Below the pieces are notes generated by a model. That model saw only the letters and a program-made list of their open reading frames with translations. It made no database searches and had not been told where the DNA came from. Both the position numbers and the translations under genes were made by a program. From the NCBI GenBank assembly GCA_049513715.1, contig JBEKVV010000008.1:23071-87070 (forward strand): 64,000 bases of DNA, written 5' to 3'. How positions within the stretch are numbered: the first letter of the stretch is position 1; each line of letters begins with the position of its first letter. Source of the DNA: Candidatus Bathyarchaeia archaeon (GTDB lineage: Archaea > Thermoproteota > Bathyarchaeia > 40CM-2-53-6). Shown here in pieces: positions 58,608 to 64,000 of this stretch.

Positions 58608-59065
58608 GATTTTCTCTCCTGCAACTTTTTCGCTATCTCTTCTGCTTCATCTCCATTGATCGCTTCCCTGAGTCCGAAATCATCTTCGATAATGATATTC
58701 GCTTCTTCAAGTTCAGGGGCATCGGGGCGGCTTAGGCTTACTACCGTTGAACCATCCTCCTCTTCAATCACCCTGGAACTTAATGATGAACCGTCGGGCA
58801 TGTAAAGTAGGACATGCCCTCTGATCTCGTCGGCGGCCGTCTCCTTCCATGCTTCAGGAGCTTGAGCTGGAAAGCATTCCTTTACTATCTTACGCGCACG
58901 ATACTCTGATGTCGTAGGGACTGTCCACGCTCGTCGTTCAGCGTCCCATCTTCGCCCCTGGATTGCTTTGATTTTCTTGATGAACTCTTCGTTGTACGGC
59001 ATCCTGATTCCGATCCGGGCGCCCTCTTCAGCGATTTCGACGCGGTCACTCGAGGATTTTGCCAA
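58586..59065 (-). CDS. HARP/DUF5710-like domain protein
   Basis: PYNEEFIKKIKAIQGRRWDAERRAWTVP. Confidence 0.65.
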   Translation of the reverse strand: MAKSSSDRVEIAEEGARIGIRMPYNEEFIKKIKAIQGRRWDAERRAWTVPTTSEYRARKIVKECFPAQAPEAWKETAADEIRGHVLLYMPDGSSLSSRVIEEEDGSTVVSLSRPDAPELEEANIIIEDDFGLREAINGDEAEEIAKKLQERKSCWIGWE

Positions 59066-59348
59066 AGGTCAATCAATTTGGCTCACCAGTCCGCTTTTAA
59101 AGAGCCGAGAATCGGAAAATCGATCTTCCTGATTTTTAATCAATCCCTCTTTCAATACATATTTTGCGAAGCAGGGAATGGTTTCCAGTGCTGCACTAAT
59201 CTCCTCGCATTCATGAGCCACGTACATCGTTCGTACCCGCGACGGCCTAGACAAGTACGTACGTTTGAGGGAAAGTTAGGCAAGTGGAACATGGCCGACT
59301 TTGCTGTCTCTTTCCGGAATGGTCTATGATAGTTGGAATTCTAGGTTG

Positions 59349-59807
59349 CTAAATTTCGCGCAAATCTAGGGCGGAGACTCCCAAAGCCTGAGAATTCTGG
59401 AGGACAAACCGGTCGCTTGTGATTAGCGGAAGGTCGTAAGCCTTCGCCGTCGAGACATGGAATGAATCAAAATAATGCAACTTCCGCGAGCCACCATAGC
59501 GATCGTATAACCTCAAAGCTTCTGCTGCGACATCCAAAGTCGTTGGTAGGACCGTGTGTCGGATCACCCGAAGATCACGTAGGAATTCAATTACAACTTT
59601 CATAGGCGTGTTATTGCTTCTCAACGCCGTTACCAAATCATCATAAATCTCGGACGCCGCATGGAGCTCCAACAGACCCTTCTCCGCTCTGTCCAGAACT
59701 CGTTCAGAATGCATGGACAGTTCGTCTGAGACAAGATATGAGAAGAAGACGTCCGCATCCACGAGAATGCGTGAGGGCGGTTCCTCAACGCTTCCCTGTT
59801 CTGACAA
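59349..59807 (-). CDS. vapC: PIN-domain toxin
   Basis: ILVDADVFFSY, YFDSFHVSTA, LITSD. Confidence 0.9.
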   Translation of the reverse strand: MSEQGSVEEPPSRILVDADVFFSYLVSDELSMHSERVLDRAEKGLLELHAASEIYDDLVTALRSNNTPMKVVIEFLRDLRVIRHTVLPTTLDVAAEALRLYDRYGGSRKLHYFDSFHVSTAKAYDLPLITSDRFVLQNSQALGVSALDLREI

Positions 59808-60012
59808 GCTGGTCAGCCTTCTCTTCCAACTCGAGCCAAGGGGTCTTCAAACGATTTCTGTACTTGCCCTTCAATGACTTCAAGGTCTGCAGCGGCACTA
59901 GCTCTATTCGTCCATCTACGAGTCGTACCTCGAACCTTCTTGTTCCGATTTTTCGTCGAAGAGAGGCAGGAAGAAGTGCTCTACCTTTCCGGTCGAGTTC
60001 TACAATAGTCAG
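59785..60012 (-). CDS. AbrB-family antitoxin (not in the ORF track; probable CTG start)
   Basis: Manual translation: TIVELDRKGRALLPASLRRKIGTRRFEV...RTGKR*; palindrome CCCACTAGTGGG at 60025-60036. Confidence 0.75.
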   Translation of the reverse strand: MTIVELDRKGRALLPASLRRKIGTRRFEVRLVDGRIELVPLQTLKSLKGKYRNRLKTPWLELEEKADQLVRTGKR

Positions 60013-60109
60013 GGTAATGCACGACCCACTAGTGGGACACGCCCACCTAATAGCCTTTCGCGAGGTCTTGACGACATGGAGCTTGAGCTGCTAGGGGTCT
60101 TCCCGAAGC

Positions 60110-60310
60110 ATGGAGATCTCCGCCTCGATACTGTACGATTACTCATGCATCTGGAAGAATCGGCCACAGATACAGAGCGATCTCGCTGAGCAGTTGGGCG
60201 TGGAACCGTATGCCATGAGCAGGCTACTCACCAAACTGGAGCATAGCCGATACGTGACCCGAACCCGCGAAGCGACCGACAAAATAGTCTCGCAGAGAAA
60301 GCAAGAGTGA
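60110..60310 (+). pseudogene. MarR-like wHTH gene, probably frameshifted at the 5' end (longest copy of the recurrent fragment)
   Basis: IQSDLAEQLGVEPYAMSRLLTKLEHSRYVTRTREATDKIV; another frame upstream gives VRLLMHLEES. Confidence 0.65.
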
Positions 60311-60408
60311 GAGTTGGCAGTTCAAATTTGGCAACTTCCGCGCACCGTACGTATTTTATACGTAATCCTTATTTTCGCGGCTTGCGAACGTCGTAGGCAT
60401 GAACGGTA

Positions 60409-60636
60409 TTGTCAGAAAGACCGATCCTGCTAACGAAGCATGCCACGCGGCGTTACGTATCACTAAATGTGATCCCAGACATCATTTCGGAGATCATCCG
60501 CCATGGCAAGAGGACACGCCTGAGCAAGACAAAATGGTCTGCGAGCAAAAGAACAAAGCGAGGAACTATAGTCGTAATCTTCGCGGAATATCCTGAGTTC
60601 ATCAAGGTAATTACGATCACCGTAGGGAGAAGGTAA
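60409..60636 (+). CDS. DUF4258/RelE-like toxin
   Basis: ILLTKHATRR...IVVIFAEYPEFIKVITI; palindrome TACGTAT-TTT-ATACGTA at 60348-60364. Confidence 0.7.
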   Translation: MSERPILLTKHATRRYVSLNVIPDIISEIIRHGKRTRLSKTKWSASKRTKRGTIVVIFAEYPEFIKVITITVGRR

Positions 60637-60638
60637 TC

Positions 60639-60965
60639 ATGAAATGTCCTGAACACGGTGTCAACTATCAGGCAGTGATGACAAACTATGAGCAGTTTGG
60701 AGTGATACTAAAAGACGTGAAGGCACTACGGTGCCCAGTCGATGGCGAAGAACTCTTCACGATGGAACAAGCAGAAGCAATTCGGCTGAGAATTGCATCG
60801 CTTAGCCCAAGGCTCAAGCTCATACGCAAGATTACGCGAGCGGCTGGAAAACCATCAATCTATCTGCCACCGGAGATAGTAAAACAAGCAAACCTGAGAA
60901 TAGGGCAAGAAGTCGCAGTGTATCTGGCGGACAAGAAAAAGATCGTAATAGAAGCCGCAGAGTGA
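60639..60965 (+). CDS. YgiT/MqsA-type zinc finger fused to an AbrB-like domain (antitoxin)
   Basis: MKCPEH...KDVKALRCPVDGEE; RKITRAAGKPSIYLPPEI. Confidence 0.75.
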   Translation: MKCPEHGVNYQAVMTNYEQFGVILKDVKALRCPVDGEELFTMEQAEAIRLRIASLSPRLKLIRKITRAAGKPSIYLPPEIVKQANLRIGQEVAVYLADKKKIVIEAAE

Positions 60966-61108
60966 CCGGTCCCCTACGACCCCGAATCCGGTATCCCTGC
61001 GAAATCCAGCTCCTCATCTCGATACTCGGCCAGGTCAGAATCCTTAAGGCAGCAATCGACCGAATCCTCGCCTACAAGACCTGGCTGTTTGAAGCGGGAT
61101 GTGCGCTC

Positions 61109-61390
61109 TCAATCTTCTCGAGCAGGCGTAGAATCGCCTTTCTCTTTCGAGAGGATTCTTTTCTGGTTGTCGTCGAAGGTTTTCAGCTTCAGGCCCAGAT
61201 CGAGCGCTAGCGAGATGAAGACTATGTCGTAGAGGGGGGACCGGTGCTTGACAGAAAGAGCATAGGCGCGCTTGAGTAGTCTTTCGTCGGGTCGTACAAG
61301 CTGGATCGTCTCGGATTCAAGCAACTGGAGGAACAGGTCAAGGAATGGTGAAGGCTCTTTGAGATCCGCGAAGGTGAGAGTATACTGCAT
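61109..61390 (-). pseudogene. PIN toxin C-terminal fragment
   Basis: SPLYDIVFISLA...LKTFD; N-terminal acidic motif and antitoxin absent. Confidence 0.7.
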
Positions 61391-61471
61391 GTTGAGAAAG
61401 TTGGAGGGGTCGCCCTGATCTTGAGGTTACAGCAAGATGTAAATTTGGACACAAACGTACAGGGGTAAGGC

Positions 61472-61705
61472 ATGGGCAGGAAGAACATAACTATTTCAGA
61501 CGATGCGTACCAGATGTTGAAGGCGCTCAAGAAGTCTGGGGAAAGCTTCACGAATGTTATTGAGCGGGTTACTCGTAGGAGCGCGGTTTTGGAACTTGCA
61601 GGAATCTTGTCCAAGACAGAGGCCACCGGTGTCGAGAAACGTGTCAAGTACATCAGGAAGCAAAGCTCACAACGAATCCTCAAAACCCTTGAAGGACTGA
61701 AGTAG
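61472..61705 (+). CDS. vapB: VapB-type antitoxin (DUF217-like) followed by a truncated vapC
   Basis: KNITISDDAYQMLKALKKSGESFTNVI; downstream stub LLADTTFIIDRTILL* (~61708-61755). Confidence 0.85.
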   Translation: MGRKNITISDDAYQMLKALKKSGESFTNVIERVTRRSAVLELAGILSKTEATGVEKRVKYIRKQSSQRILKTLEGLK

Positions 61706-61932
61706 ACTTGCTGGCTGACACCACCTTCATAATCGACAGAACGATTCTGCTGTAGTTCTAAAAGTCCTGTACCGATTTCGGACATTTCGACCCAATATGG
61801 GGCCCGAATCTTCCCGAGTCCGCCACTAAAACCCGAGCGGCGGTGCATTCCCACACCAGCAATTGATACACGTTTTGTATACACAAAACATATAGCTAAA
61901 ATGCACCTGAATCCGCGTAGGTAAGAGAAGCT

Positions 61933-62655
61933 GTGGCAATAATCAACCTTAGAGTCCCCGAAGAAATGAAACGAAAACTCGCGGACTTCGCAAAGGCAAA
62001 GGGCGCAAGCCAAACCGAGATGGTGAAGAGCGCAGTAGCGGAGAAACTCACAGTTCATCAAGTTGCGCGTGCCGAGTCCAGCACGAAGGTCCCGAGCTGG
62101 GTTCCTGAAGGGAAATATGTTGCACTCGTTCGCGGGGCAGTTGCAGCGGTCGGAGACTCGGTTGCAGATGTTGTCTCTGCTGCGTTAGGCAAATTCCCCG
62201 ATGAGGCGATTCATGTCGCCCGTCAGGGTAAGTCCATCAAACCAGTTCACTACGCTTTTCTGGCCCAGACGGCGATGAAGTGCTGGAAATACGTGACAGT
62301 CGACCAGCAATCCTATCCAGTCATCCCCGCCACCATAATTGGCAAGAAGAAGCTGGCCACTGCGTCGTCTCCAGACACCGCAGCCAGTCTGACCCTGGTG
62401 AGCTCACAGATCGTCGATGAAGCAGGCCTGCAACCAGCCGCCGAGGAAACAGTCGCGACTGCTGCGGGTGTGGTCAAAATGAGTACTTTCAATGCCTCAA
62501 TAGAACTCCCGGTAGGTCGCTACGATGCAATTGTGGCTTCATCCGAGATCCCCAAGGCGCTGCCTTTCCAAATCCTACTGGGTAGGAATATCTTGGACCA
62601 AGTCGACCTCTACACACTGGGGAAAAGCAAGGTAATCTGCGTCAGAGACCCGTAG
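61933..62655 (+). CDS. RHH + DUF5678 + retropepsin-like aspartic protease fusion
   Basis: INLRVPEEMKRKL; EGKYVALVRGAVAAVGDS; PDTAASLT and ILLGRNIL; operator GTTTTGT-ATAC-ACAAAAC at 61872-61889. Confidence 0.75.
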   Translation: MAIINLRVPEEMKRKLADFAKAKGASQTEMVKSAVAEKLTVHQVARAESSTKVPSWVPEGKYVALVRGAVAAVGDSVADVVSAALGKFPDEAIHVARQGKSIKPVHYAFLAQTAMKCWKYVTVDQQSYPVIPATIIGKKKLATASSPDTAASLTLVSSQIVDEAGLQPAAEETVATAAGVVKMSTFNASIELPVGRYDAIVASSEIPKALPFQILLGRNILDQVDLYTLGKSKVICVRDP

Positions 62656-62876
62656 GCCGCATCTTCTCAGATGGCATGATTCACCTAACGAACTCGTGGT
62701 GCGTCTGCACATTTGTACATCCAAGCATCCAGGCGTTGAATGCTCAAGCATTCACAGAACAAAATTACCCCCCCACTCTAAGGTCCAGTAAATTAGTGCT
62801 GCTTCACTGCTTGAACTGAAACAGAAAAGTCGGAAGATGCCCCGGTTTCACAATTCCTCGCGTAATGCCCGGTTGC

Positions 62877-63074
62877 TTACGCTGGGATTGTCTTGATCTG
62901 CTTGCTCTTCCAGTCGAATATTTCTTTGAGGCGGTCGAAGTCCGTAACGGCAAGCTCCGGATGAAAATCCAATAATTCCGACACGATGGAATAGGCATGG
63001 CTGCAGTCGCCGCATAGTATATCATCTCTCCGTGGAGGGGCTTTGCGGCAAACTTCACACAATGGCGGTGCCAA
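62877..63074 (-). CDS. Small zinc-finger protein
   Basis: CEVC...LCGDC. Confidence 0.45.
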   Translation of the reverse strand: MAPPLCEVCRKAPPRRDDILCGDCSHAYSIVSELLDFHPELAVTDFDRLKEIFDWKSKQIKTIPA

Positions 63075-63263
63075 ACCGGGTCAAAAGATCGTAGCTACGC
63101 CTCAGCAAATAACGTTTTGGGCAGCCGTCATGTCGGCCGGCTCTTGCCCACTGGATCTCACATCGGCAAGATAGGTTCTAAGTCACCAATCCCAGCCTAC
63201 AGGTGTAACACTCGGCTTACGTGCCAAACCGAAAGAACACTACCCATTGGAGGCTCGGCGCTG

Positions 63264-63746
63264 ATGTCCCTTGAAGATGTGTGGGCGGCTCTTCCAACCC
63301 ACGAATGGGTTTCATGTGAGGCACTAAGGGAAAGTTCAGGTTTAGATAAGGAAAGCCTCAGCCGCGTCATCAAATTCCTCGTAAAATACGAGTTCGTCGA
63401 CGCCCGAAACAACTCAGGGCTCTACGTGAAACGAAAAAACGGTAAACCCTCCCCAATGGTCACCATCAACTTACTCCGCTCACTAGCAAGCAACAGCCCC
63501 GTCCAGGAATCGGCCATGAGGCCAGGAATAATCGCAGAACGCGTCGCCTGCAAAACCTGCGGCTCCAGATACATCAAACCCATCGACAAAAACCAAGTCG
63601 AGTGCTCCAACTGCCACGAACACCAATGGCACTTCATTCAACACTGCGGCACAACCCCACTGGCGTGCGAAGGCCACTCTAAAGCCCGTACCCGTTCGAT
63701 CCCACTTTTCTTACGGAAGTTGACATCCGGTCGGCTACACGTGTAA
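63264..63746 (+). CDS. wHTH plus zinc-ribbon protein
   Basis: LSRVIKFLVKYEF; CKTCG...CSNC. Confidence 0.55.
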   Translation: MSLEDVWAALPTHEWVSCEALRESSGLDKESLSRVIKFLVKYEFVDARNNSGLYVKRKNGKPSPMVTINLLRSLASNSPVQESAMRPGIIAERVACKTCGSRYIKPIDKNQVECSNCHEHQWHFIQHCGTTPLACEGHSKARTRSIPLFLRKLTSGRLHV

Positions 63747-64000
63747 TCACAGCCTATCCTCTAGCAGAATTCGTCATGTGGTGTGGGAGTTCTTGAAGGA
63801 AATTTTCGCGGTCAGGAAATGAATTATCGATATCGGAAATTCTTAGTCAAGGGTAACCGTCATCCTCTCTTGGGTGTGTTCCACCCCTTGCTAGTCAGGG
63901 CGGCGGACCCTAAGGTGGGCTCACCCATGATGGGGTCAAAAGTTTGGGGACATGAGCGGGCGGAGGCTTGTGGAGGTAGGAGATTTGTTGGTCGTTTCTT

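Noticed and set aside
60205-60255. Conserved hairpin in the recurrent wHTH fragment acting as an RNA or ssDNA site
   Set aside because: Differences between copies look codon-constrained rather than compensatory, so protein coding explains the conservation.
41000-62655. Classical integron cassette array
   Set aside because: No intI, no convincing RYYYAAC...GTTRRRY attC hairpins seen, and modules lie on both strands with their own operators.

Overview
Archaeal chromosomal window; gene content and sorting signals suggest Bathyarchaeia or another TACK lineage (inference). It has two halves. (1) About 1-41 kb is a cell-surface/glycosylation locus: GT2/GT4 transferases, flippases, a split WbpA/B/D/E-like diacetamido-uronic-acid pathway, an SxtI/J/K/L-like carbamoyltransferase module, PGF-CTERM surface lyase-like and beta-helix proteins built from duplicated DNA modules, a 1.4k-aa PEF-CTERM S-layer candidate, a DUF1616 membrane cluster and many small winged-helix regulators. 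(2) About 41-64 kb is an accessory island with roughly a dozen intact or decayed toxin-antitoxin modules, IS200/IS605 tnpB relics, an AbiE system whose antitoxin carries a nuclease-like domain, and an integrated element encoding a GP88-type radical-SAM-like protein, a DNA methyltransferase, an AAA+ helicase-like protein and a ParB-like protein, followed by five phased 18-bp quasi-palindromic repeats. The most notable hidden pattern is that fragments of one wHTH gene recur beside several TA cassettes, one of which also sits between 86-bp direct repeats. No rRNA, tRNA or CRISPR array was seen. All family calls come from motif recognition by eye, not from database searches.
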